Assembly: GCA_963827275.1 (NCBI GenBank)
Contig: CAWHAA010000004.1
Location: 544,001 to 608,000 of the forward strand
Source of the DNA: an uncultured Spirochaetota bacterium
GTDB taxonomy: Bacteria > Spirochaetota > UBA4802 > UBA5550
Direction of reading: 5' to 3'
Length of the DNA: 64,000 nucleotides
The notes under the pieces are model-generated. The model did no database searches, was not told the DNA's origin, and saw only the letters and a program-made list of their open reading frames with translations. The position numbers and the translations under genes are program-made. Below, in pieces: positions 20,628-31,806 of this stretch (the stretch's first letter is position 1; the number at the start of each line of letters is the position of its first letter).

Positions 20628-21713
20628 ATGGACAACACAAAAAAATACTGGCTCGTAAAAACAGGGCTCCTGTCGCTCGTCATTCCCCTGCTGGTCATGG
20701 GCTTTAATTATTTCATGGACCCGCTCTGGTGCTTCCGCATCTCCCACAGGTACAACCAGCGCCAGATGGAGATCGACGAGCGCAAGCAGAAGACCAACTA
20801 CATAACCTACCGCGATTTCAATTACCGCGGGCTGCTGATCGGCTCCAGCCGGGCCGCGTTCATCTCCCAGTATTCCTTCAGGGGCCTTCCCGTGTACAAT
20901 TACTCGGTGAACGCTTTCAGGATAGACGAGCTTTCGCCCTTCACGAACTACGCCAAGAAGAGGAACGGCCGGGATTTCGACTACATCTTCCTCGGGCTTG
21001 ATTTCGAGAATGCGGGCCGGTACGCCGCCGACCCGGCGACCCTGGCGGCCGCCGGTGCGAACATAGAAGAGAGCAACTCCCTCTTCTACCGTGTGAAGAC
21101 CCTGCTCAGCATCGACACCGCCAGGCATTCCTGGAAGAACCTCGAGAACTACCGCAAGGCCCCCTGGCGCTACTATGACAGGAACAACGTGGAGCATACC
21201 AGGAAGCACACCGAGGAAGAGCTCGTCGGCATCTACACGATGCACCTCCGTGAATACACCGATAAAAAGACGTCACGCTACCGCAATTTCGTGTATAACG
21301 AGGAATACAAGGGATACCTGGAGCAATATAAAAAAGAGAACCCGCGGAGCTCCATCGTCGTTTTCGTCACGCCGACGGCGCTGCCGGTCATGGAGATGGT
21401 TGTGGCCTATGGCCTGCTCGATGATTATTTGCGGTGGCTCTCCGAAATCGTCGATGTGTACGGCGAGCTGTACCTCTTCATGTACCCGAACGCGGTCACC
21501 AGAGACTACTTCAGGTATTTCTTCGACCCGGGACACGCCTATCCCTGGGTCGGGGACAGGATGGTCGATGCCATCTACAACAAAAAAATCAACGGCGACA
21601 CCGAATTCGGGATGCTCGTCACGCGGTCCAACTTCGCGGAGAAGCGCGCGCTCCTCGCGCGTCTCATGAGCGGCGTGCGCGATCCCCGTTTCGGACCGAT
21701 GATCAGGGACTGA
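20628..21713 (+). CDS. MBOAT-associated extracytoplasmic protein, SGNH-like
   Basis: N-terminal anchor FNYFMDP, LIGSSR, FFDPGHAYP (DxxH). Confidence 0.6.
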   Translation: MDNTKKYWLVKTGLLSLVIPLLVMGFNYFMDPLWCFRISHRYNQRQMEIDERKQKTNYITYRDFNYRGLLIGSSRAAFISQYSFRGLPVYNYSVNAFRIDELSPFTNYAKKRNGRDFDYIFLGLDFENAGRYAADPATLAAAGANIEESNSLFYRVKTLLSIDTARHSWKNLENYRKAPWRYYDRNNVEHTRKHTEEELVGIYTMHLREYTDKKTSRYRNFVYNEEYKGYLEQYKKENPRSSIVVFVTPTALPVMEMVVAYGLLDDYLRWLSEIVDVYGELYLFMYPNAVTRDYFRYFFDPGHAYPWVGDRMVDAIYNKKINGDTEFGMLVTRSNFAEKRALLARLMSGVRDPRFGPMIRD

Positions 21714-21938
21714 CCGCCGGCCGCGCCCGCAGCGCGGCCGACCCCCGCGGCAGTCCGAAAATTCGTAACAAAGGCCCCGCCCGCGCACCATAAAATCAGT
21801 ATAAAAATTCGATAAATTACTTGATATTTTTTTAAAAAATTTAATTTTGGATACTTACACGGGTTAATCCTGACCCGGCCCCGTTATTTTCGCAAACGGC
21901 TGGCACTAATCTACGATATAGTTTCGGGAGAACGACAA

Positions 21939-22286
21939 TTGGGCAATGATGATTCACGCCGTCCCTGGGGTTTTTACGAAAATTTGACCGATGCGGCCGC
22001 CCACAAGGTGAAACGGATCACCGTGTATCCGGGAAAACGCCTCAGCCTTCAGAGCCACGCGCGGCGCTCCGAGCACTGGTTCATCGTTGAGGGCGAGGCG
22101 CTGTTTACGCTGAATACCGATGTCACTTCGCTCCGGCCCGGCATGGCCGTCGACATCGCGCGGGGCGACCGGCACCGCATCGAGTGCACCGGGTCGAAGA
22201 ACCTCGTGTTCATCGAGATCCAGACCGGCGATTACTTCGGGGAGGATGACATCATCCGCCACGAGGATGATTTCGGCAGGGCATAA
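21939..22286 (+). CDS. Mannose-6-phosphate isomerase type II C-terminal cupin domain protein
   Basis: RPWG, VKRITVYPGKRLSLQSH..RSEHW, IEIQTGDYFGEDDI. Confidence 0.88.
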   Translation: MGNDDSRRPWGFYENLTDAAAHKVKRITVYPGKRLSLQSHARRSEHWFIVEGEALFTLNTDVTSLRPGMAVDIARGDRHRIECTGSKNLVFIEIQTGDYFGEDDIIRHEDDFGRA

Positions 22287-22307
22287 TCTTACTACCAGGA
22301 GCCATCC

Positions 22308-23238
22308 ATGATTACCGTCCGGGGAATAACGAAGCGGTTCGGCGATATCACGGCCGTGAACAACATCTCCTTCAGCATCAGGGAAGGGGAGATTACCGGC
22401 CTGCTCGGGCCCAACGGCGCGGGAAAGACGACGACCCTGCGCATGCTGACCTGCTACCTGAAGCCCGACAGCGGGACAATATCGATCGGGAAGTACAGCG
22501 TGGAAGACAGCCCGGTCGAGGTCAGGAAGACCATCGGCTACCTGCCCGAGTCCGCGCCGGTCTATAATGACATGCTGGTGTACGATTACCTCGCCTACAT
22601 TGCGGAGGTGAGGGGGATGGACGCCCCCGGGCGCATCGCCGAGATCGGCGGCCTCTGCGGCATCAACGACGTGATGCACATGATGATCGGAGAGCTCTCG
22701 AAGGGCTACCGCCAGCGGGTGGGGCTCGCCCAGTCGATGATACACGACCCGGACATCCTCATACTCGACGAGCCGACGAGCGGCCTTGACCCGAACCAGA
22801 TCATCGAGATCCGCAACCTGATCCGCGAGATCGGGAAGAGAAAGACGATAATTCTGTCGACCCACATCCTGCCGGAGGTCGAGGCGACCTGCGACCGGGT
22901 CATCATCATAGACCGGGGCTCCATCGTGGCCGACGACCGCACGGAGAGCCTCCAGGCCGTCATCGGGCGGCGAAAAGCGGGTCCTGGTGAGCGTGTCCGG
23001 CGCCGACTACCCGGCGCTCGCCGGCGCGCTTTCGGGCATCCCCGGCGTCATGAAGGTCGACGAGGTCCCCGGGACCGGGCTCGTCTCGGCGCGGGTGACG
23101 GCCGGCAGCGGCGCGGAGGTGCGGCCGGATATTTTTAAAATGGCCGGCGCCAACGGCTGGATACTGTATGAAATGACGCAGGAACAGCGGAGCCTTGAGC
23201 GGGTGTTCGGCGAGCTGACCGGAGGAGGTGCGAGATGA
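22308..23238 (+). CDS. ABC transporter ATP-binding protein (GldA-like); apparent +1 frameshift near 22965
   Basis: GPNGAGKTT, LSKGYRQR, LDEPTSGLDP; the C-terminal part (SLERVFGELT) continues in ORF 22987..23238 after an extra G in the GGG run. Confidence 0.85.
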
Positions 23239-24002
23239 AGCTGCAGAACGTCACTATCAGGGAAGTGCTCATCGACGCGATGGCGCGCGTCAGGACCGGC
23301 GCCCGGGAGCCGCTGGCCATCATGAAAAAAGAGCTGATGACATACTTCTACACGCCGATCGCGTATATCGTGATCACCGCCTTCCTCGTGGTCACCGGGT
23401 TTTTCTTTTTCAAGGACTTCTTTTATTTCGGTCAGGCGGAGATGCGGGGCTTTTTCCAGTTCCTGCCCCTCGTCCTGACCCTGGTGGTCCCCGCCATAAC
23501 GATGCGCCTCTTCGCGGAGGAGATCCACAGCGGCACCATTGAAACGCTCATGACCCTCCCGGTCACCACGCTGGACGCGGTGCTGGGCAAGTTCCTGGCC
23601 GCGACCGCCTTCGTGTCGATCATGCTGGCGCCCACGCTGATCTACCTGGTGACTATCATCATCGTGGGATCGCCCGACCCCGGCCCGATCATCGGCGGGT
23701 ACCTGGGGGCGGTGCTCCTCGCCGGGGCCTATTCGGCGGTGGGGATACTGACGTCGTCACTGGGAAGGAACCAGATCATCGCTTTCATCGCGGGCCTCAT
23801 CGCCTGCTTTTTCCTCTGGCTGATCGACAAGATCACCATCTTCCTTCCCTCGAAGCTGGGTTTCCTGGAATACCTGGGGACGGATTATCATTTCAGGAAC
23901 ATCTCCCGGGGCATCATCGATTCGCGCGACCTGGTGTACTTCCTGTCGATTATCGCGATATCGATTCTCCTGACGACAAAAATCCTCGAGGACAGGAGAT
24001 AG
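23235..24002 (+). CDS. ABC-2 type permease (GldF-like)
   Basis: PIAYIV, PAITMRLFAEE..SGTIETLMTLP, RGIIDSRDLVYF. Confidence 0.88.
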   Translation: MKLQNVTIREVLIDAMARVRTGAREPLAIMKKELMTYFYTPIAYIVITAFLVVTGFFFFKDFFYFGQAEMRGFFQFLPLVLTLVVPAITMRLFAEEIHSGTIETLMTLPVTTLDAVLGKFLAATAFVSIMLAPTLIYLVTIIIVGSPDPGPIIGGYLGAVLLAGAYSAVGILTSSLGRNQIIAFIAGLIACFFLWLIDKITIFLPSKLGFLEYLGTDYHFRNISRGIIDSRDLVYFLSIIAISILLTTKILEDRR

Positions 24003-24008
24003 AAGCGT

Positions 24009-26213
24009 ATGAAGAGCAGGGAAATGTTACGCAGCATGTCGGCAGTATTCAGGCGCGCGGTCTCGCGGGTGCGCGCGGGCGGGAAGGACACGGGGCCGGA
24101 GCGCACCCGCGCCATACAGCTCGGCCTCACCATCGTCATAATAATCCTCATCAACCTCGCGGGCCTGACGCTGAATTTCCGGTGCGACCTCACGAGGAAC
24201 GATACCTACTCCCTTTCGGACCGGAGCAAGGAGATCGTGTCGTCGCTGAAGGAGAACCTCAAGGTCAAGGTGCTTTTTTCAAAGGACCTCCCGGCCCAGC
24301 ACATGTCGATTTACCGCTACCTCATCGACATGCTCGAGGAGTACGATTATTACGCGAACGAGTATTTCAGCTACGAGGTCGTCGGCGAGAAGGAGCTGGA
24401 AAAGCAGGCCGCCGATTACGGGATACGGCCGGTGCAGAGCCAGGAGTTCGACAACGACCAGGTCAAGGTCCGCCGCACCTACATGGCGCTCGTGATCCAG
24501 CAGTCGGACGTGGTCGAGAAGATCGTGGCGATCACCGACCCGACCGGCCTCGAATACAATATAACCTCCCTCATGCAGAAGATGTCAGGCAAGATAGACG
24601 GGCTCCTTCGCCTCGAAAAGCCGATCCAGGTGCTGTTCTTCATGGATTCGGCGCTGAAGGCGCTCCCGATTGACGGCATCGATACGCTCGGCGACAGGGT
24701 CGGGGAGGCGGTGGCGAAATGCAACACGGCCAATTACGACAAGCTCCGCCTCCAGGTGATCGACCCGTCCGCCGACAAGGACGCGGCCGCTTCGGCCGGC
24801 CGGTACGGCGTCGCCAGGCTGAACTGGAAGGCCGGCACGGACCGTACCGGAAGGTTTATCCCCGCGGGCGAGGCCTACCTGGGGATCGTCCTCAGGAGCG
24901 GGGACAAGGCCGAGCGCATAGAGCTTTCCGTCGCGCCGACGCTCATGGGGAAAAACGTGATCACCGGCCTGGACAAGCTCCAGGACCGCATCAATGACGC
25001 GGTCGGGAACCTGGTGAGCGCAAATCCGCGGATCGGCTACAGCACGGGCCACGGCGAGGTGGACCTGAACGACCAGCAGTCGCCCCAGGGCGGCGCGCTG
25101 CTGAAACAGGTACTCTCGGACGTGTACGAGATCCGCGAGGTTGACCTGACGAAGGAAGACATCCCCGCGGACCTCGGCCTCCTGATCGTTAACGGCCCCC
25201 GCAAGGAGTTTACCGAACAGGAGCTCTACCGCATCGACCAGTTCCTCATGAAGGGCAAGGGCGTCATCTTTTTCCTTGATTCTTTCAACGAGATCAACAT
25301 GGGCCGGCAGAACATGTTCGGCGGCCAGCCGATGGTGCTGCCGGTGAACACCGGGCTCGACCCGCTTCTCGGATTTTACGGGGTCTCGGTGGACAAGAAC
25401 ATCGTCATGGACGCCAGCTGCGCCAGGGCCCCCGTGGCCGGGGCGGTCAAGGACATATACTACGTTCCCATCATCAGGAAGGCCGGCTTTGACCAGGACA
25501 GCGTCATAACCAGGTTCCTCAGGGGCATGGTCTTTATCAAGGCGTCGTCGGTCAGGGCCGACGACGCGAAGATAAAGGAGCGGAAGCTCGCGAGTGTCGA
25601 CCTCGTGGCGACATCCGACGAAAGCTGGCAGATGACGGGACAGATAAACTTCAACCCGTTATTAATGATCCCGCCGGAGAACAAAAACGAGATGAAGAAG
25701 CAGGTGCTGGCGCTCCTCCTTTCCGGCAGGTTTGAGAGCTATTTCAAGGGGAAGGAGGCGCCCCGTCCCCCTGATGCCGGCGGCGCCGCGCCAAAGGAGA
25801 CCTTCTCCGTCGGCAAGATGGACGCTACCGTGCCATCGGCAACCTCCCGCATCATCCTGGTGGGGACCTCCGAGATCACGCGGTCCGGCTTCCTGATGAA
25901 CTCGAGGCGGATCCTCTCGAGCGCCATGGGAACGGGCGAGGAGCAGGACAGGGTGTTCTCCAACGGCTTTTTCATACACAGCATGGCTGACTACCTCCTC
26001 GGGAATTCCTTTGTCCCGGAGATGAGCAGCAAGAGCCTGGACTACAACCCGATCGACAAGACCGGCGACACGACAAAGATAATCTTAAAAAGCCTGAATA
26101 TAGCGGGCGTGCCCCTCTTCGTCATCCTGGCCGGTCTCCTGATATGGAAACAGCGGTCACGGCGCAGGAAGGGCATCCAGGAGCAATTTGCTGCGGAGGC
26201 GCGGCATGAATAA
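24009..26213 (+). CDS. GldG-like ABC transport auxiliary component
   Basis: RCDLTRNDTYSLS, GYSTGHGE, IDQFLMKG; N- and C-terminal TM helices; operon context. Confidence 0.85.
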   Translation: MKSREMLRSMSAVFRRAVSRVRAGGKDTGPERTRAIQLGLTIVIIILINLAGLTLNFRCDLTRNDTYSLSDRSKEIVSSLKENLKVKVLFSKDLPAQHMSIYRYLIDMLEEYDYYANEYFSYEVVGEKELEKQAADYGIRPVQSQEFDNDQVKVRRTYMALVIQQSDVVEKIVAITDPTGLEYNITSLMQKMSGKIDGLLRLEKPIQVLFFMDSALKALPIDGIDTLGDRVGEAVAKCNTANYDKLRLQVIDPSADKDAAASAGRYGVARLNWKAGTDRTGRFIPAGEAYLGIVLRSGDKAERIELSVAPTLMGKNVITGLDKLQDRINDAVGNLVSANPRIGYSTGHGEVDLNDQQSPQGGALLKQVLSDVYEIREVDLTKEDIPADLGLLIVNGPRKEFTEQELYRIDQFLMKGKGVIFFLDSFNEINMGRQNMFGGQPMVLPVNTGLDPLLGFYGVSVDKNIVMDASCARAPVAGAVKDIYYVPIIRKAGFDQDSVITRFLRGMVFIKASSVRADDAKIKERKLASVDLVATSDESWQMTGQINFNPLLMIPPENKNEMKKQVLALLLSGRFESYFKGKEAPRPPDAGGAAPKETFSVGKMDATVPSATSRIILVGTSEITRSGFLMNSRRILSSAMGTGEEQDRVFSNGFFIHSMADYLLGNSFVPEMSSKSLDYNPIDKTGDTTKIILKSLNIAGVPLFVILAGLLIWKQRSRRRKGIQEQFAAEARHE

Positions 26214-27153
26214 AAAAATCGCGATCAGCATATCAATCATCGGGGTCCTGCTCCTCTACCTGATTGCAAGCAACATCAGGCGCTCCGGCGGCGTCCCGGA
26301 CCTGCCGAAGCTGGAGGGGAGCGCAGACGAGATCATCGTAACCGGCGGCAGCGGCGTTGTGACCCTCGTCAAAAAGGACGGCAGATGGGCCACGGGCGAA
26401 AGCGGCTTCCCGGCGGACGCGAAGAAGGTCGGGGATATCGAGAAGCTGTTCGGCGATATCCGTATAACCGACCTGATCTCATCAAAGGGCTATTACGCGC
26501 GGTACGACCTGACCCCGGACAAGTACGGCGAGGTCATTATCAAGAGCAAGGGCGTTGTAGTGAGGAAATTCAAGATCGGGAAAAAGAGCCCCACGAACCG
26601 CCACACCTTCATCCGCATCGGCGACCAGCCTGAGGTATACCTTGCCGAGGGCACGTTTGACCCCGTCATGAACAAGACCGTGGACGATTTCAGGGAGCGT
26701 GAGATGCTGAAGATCGCGCCCGATACCGTTTCGGAGTTGACCGTCGAGCACCGGGGCATGACCTTTGCGTTTTACCGGGCGGCCGGTAAAACGACCGCGG
26801 ACAAGAAAGAGGCGGACAATAAAGCGAAACCGGCCGCGTGGGGGAGCTGGTCGTGCCGGGGCTATGAGGGCGTCCGGCTTGACGAGGCCAGGGTGAACGC
26901 CCTTGTCAGCGCGCTGAATCCGCTCAGGGCCACGTCATTCCCGGACATGCAGAACGAACCGATGCCCCCGAAGATGTGCACCGTGAAGGTGAAGGCCCGT
27001 GAGAGGGAGGCCGTGCTTACCGTGCACAGGAAGGGCGACGCGTATATCGCCACCACGTCGGAGAGCCCCTACGTGTTCGGCGTGGAGAAGTGGAGCGTTG
27101 AAAAGTTTTTCGTCACCGGGATCGATGCGTTCAGGGCCCCGGGCAAGCAATAA
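26206..27153 (+). CDS. DUF4340-like domain protein
   Basis: FPADAKKV, IGKKSP, DDFRER; usual position after GldG. Confidence 0.7.
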   Translation: MNKKIAISISIIGVLLLYLIASNIRRSGGVPDLPKLEGSADEIIVTGGSGVVTLVKKDGRWATGESGFPADAKKVGDIEKLFGDIRITDLISSKGYYARYDLTPDKYGEVIIKSKGVVVRKFKIGKKSPTNRHTFIRIGDQPEVYLAEGTFDPVMNKTVDDFREREMLKIAPDTVSELTVEHRGMTFAFYRAAGKTTADKKEADNKAKPAAWGSWSCRGYEGVRLDEARVNALVSALNPLRATSFPDMQNEPMPPKMCTVKVKAREREAVLTVHRKGDAYIATTSESPYVFGVEKWSVEKFFVTGIDAFRAPGKQ

Positions 27154-27299
27154 CCGGGCCTCCCGGGATTAAAAAAACCGGTTTCCTGAATGTAATTGAC
27201 AGAAGATCAAACCGGCTATCTGGTAGATATGACCGCGGGCGGAGCGTCTCCCCGGTCCACGCGCCGGCAGCAGGCACTCTATAAAAAGGTCACAGGCTG

Positions 27300-29706
<2,407 letters not shown>

Positions 29707-29731
29707 CGCGCCCCGGCCGCCCCGCGGGGGC

Positions 29732-30046
29732 TCAGGAATAGTGAACCGCCAGCCAGACCGTCATGGTGTCAGGGTCCGTCCATGTGACCCTGTGTTTTGT
29801 GCGAGAAGGAATGTTCAGATAATCGCCCTTTTGCAGAGTAAATTTTTCCCCGCTTTCGAAAATAATCCTGCCCGACCCTTCGAGCACAATGACCCACTCG
29901 TGTTCCTCCTGGTCGTACCAGCCCTGTTCCGGCGAGGCGTGTCCCCTGGAAATAATTCGTTCAATCCTGATGTTTTTGAGACTGAGCAGCTCATCGAAGG
30001 ATTCGTGCGCCGGGTCGGCGGGTAATGAAGAAAATATGTTGGCCAT
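29732..30046 (-). CDS. Small cupin domain protein
   Basis: RIERIISRGHASP, WYDQEEHEWV, HRVTWT. Confidence 0.85.
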   Translation of the reverse strand: MANIFSSLPADPAHESFDELLSLKNIRIERIISRGHASPEQGWYDQEEHEWVIVLEGSGRIIFESGEKFTLQKGDYLNIPSRTKHRVTWTDPDTMTVWLAVHYS

Positions 30047-30167
30047 GATTTTTGTCCCGTAGCAGAAATGTTGGCTCGGGATCCGAGCCTATATGTCAGT
30101 CTCGTCCCCGGCAACCATTTAATATACATGTCGCAAAATAACGAATGTATGACATTTATTGTCAAGA

Positions 30168-30199
30168 CCCCCCCCGTCCCCCGTAGGGGGCGTGTGATA
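30168..30199 (+). repeat. 32-bp REP-like palindromic repeat, copy 1
   Basis: CCCCCCCCGTCCCCCGTAGGGGGCGTGTGATA, identical to 34844-34875; degenerate inverted copy at 30267-30292. Confidence 0.85.
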
Positions 30200-30361
30200 A
30201 TCCGCCAGCAAAATTCAGAAGATTTTAATATTTAACCAAATTGAATCAGTAAAAAAATCTGTGAATCGTGCCCCCTGCGGGGGACAGGGGGGAATTCCTG
30301 TGGGAATGTTCGTTAGAAGAGCGTGGTTATTTCATGGGCACGTGACCGCCGCCGCGCTTGA

Positions 30362-30483
30362 GCGGCCCGGAGAGGGGAGCGCGAAGGGGAGAGGCCGGGA
30401 AGGCCTTTCCCCTCGCATGAATTACTCAGCCCCGTCCCAGCAATAGGTGCAGATCTTTTCTTTCGGAAGCCCGATGGCCTGGA
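30362..30483 (-). repeat. 122-bp direct repeat duplicating the purF 3' end and downstream hairpin (att-like)
   Basis: 121/122 identical to 35220-35341; encodes QAIGLPKEKICTYCWDGAE-stop on the minus strand. Confidence 0.95.
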
Positions 30484-30580
30484 TGAGATTGACAACTGTT
30501 AGGCTTATATCACTTAGAAGTATGCCATGTGAAAAATAATTATTAAGTAAAATAAAACCCCATTTTTATACATATTCCTC

Positions 30581-30614
30581 TTGACATGTATAAAAAAAGC
30601 CGTTTTCTATACAT
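30581..30614 (+). promoter_or_regulatory. Putative sigma70 promoter overlapped by an inverted repeat upstream of the Fic gene
   Basis: TTGACA at 30581; ATGTATAAAAA...TTTTCTATACAT palindrome at 30586-30614. Confidence 0.45.
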
Positions 30615-30633
30615 ATTATGGAATGAGGAATGT

Positions 30634-31710
30634 ATGGCATTTATTCTCAAACCCCTACCCCCCATTATTGATCTTGAAACAAAACCTATATTAAAAAAGG
30701 CCGCATCTGCTCATCGTTTTCTGGCAGAACTAAAAGGCGTATCGGGTACAATACCGAACCAGGGTATTCTCATTAATACACTATCACTGCAGGAGGCAAA
30801 GGATAGCTCCGCCATTGAGAATATTGTAACGACAAATGACGATCTCTATCGTGAAGAGCTTTTTCCTGATTATGCTATAAATGCTTCGGCGAAAGAGGTG
30901 CGAAATTATGTCATAGCCCTGAAAACCGGATATAATCTTGTTCGGGAAAACGGCCTTCTTACCGCGAATTATATTGAGACAATACAGGCGGCTCTTGAAA
31001 AGAACCGTGCGGGATTACGTAAACTCCCCGGTACGGACCTCAAGAACGATCTTACCGGCGAGGTTGTTTATACTCCGCCTCAGGACCTCGCGTCAATCGT
31101 TTCTCTCATGACGAATCTTGAGCGATTCATAAACGATGACAGTTCCTATGACGCCGATCCGCTTGTGAAGATGGCGATGATTCACTATCAGTTCGAGAGC
31201 ATACATCCCTTCTATGACGCGAACGGAAGAACGGGGCGCATTATAAACGTACTCTACCTTGTGCTGAAAGGACTCCTTGATATTCCCGTCCTGTATCTGA
31301 GCAGATATATTATCCGCAGCAAGAATGAATATTACGGACTTCTCCAGAAGGTGCGTGACGAGTCGGCATGGGAACAATGGGTCCTGTATATACTCACCGG
31401 TATTGAAAATACGGCCAGGCAAACTATCGCAACCATACAGGATATTAGAGAAGCATTGATGGACTACAAGCATCGGATACGAAATACCCATAAATTCTAC
31501 AGCCAGGACCTGATAAATAATCTTTTCTTTCATCCGTATACAAAGATTGAATTCATTGAGCATGATTTAAAGGTGAGCCGCCTTACCGCTGCAAAGTATC
31601 TCGACATGCTTGCCGAAGACGGTTTTTTGAGGAAAGAGAAAATCGGGAGATCCAACTACTATATAAATACATCCCTTTACTCTATTCTTACCAGAGAGTA
31701 TGAAATATAA
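30634..31710 (+). CDS. Fic family protein, class II type, with C-terminal HTH
   Basis: SSAIENI inhibitory helix motif; HPFYDANGRTGR; C-terminal VSRLTAAKYL. Confidence 0.9.
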   Translation: MAFILKPLPPIIDLETKPILKKAASAHRFLAELKGVSGTIPNQGILINTLSLQEAKDSSAIENIVTTNDDLYREELFPDYAINASAKEVRNYVIALKTGYNLVRENGLLTANYIETIQAALEKNRAGLRKLPGTDLKNDLTGEVVYTPPQDLASIVSLMTNLERFINDDSSYDADPLVKMAMIHYQFESIHPFYDANGRTGRIINVLYLVLKGLLDIPVLYLSRYIIRSKNEYYGLLQKVRDESAWEQWVLYILTGIENTARQTIATIQDIREALMDYKHRIRNTHKFYSQDLINNLFFHPYTKIEFIEHDLKVSRLTAAKYLDMLAEDGFLRKEKIGRSNYYINTSLYSILTREYEI

Positions 31711-31806
31711 TAATGGGTCTTTCGTATAACAGGCCGTTTATTTCTTGCCATATTTTATCCGTGTAATAAATTATTGATTGCTGTACGTCGTTGCGGGGGG
31801 ATTGCC

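Noticed and set aside
22308..27153. Gld-like operon as evidence of gliding motility
   Set aside because: GldA/F/G plus DUF4340 ABC systems are widespread in non-gliding bacteria, and no other gliding or T9SS genes are present.
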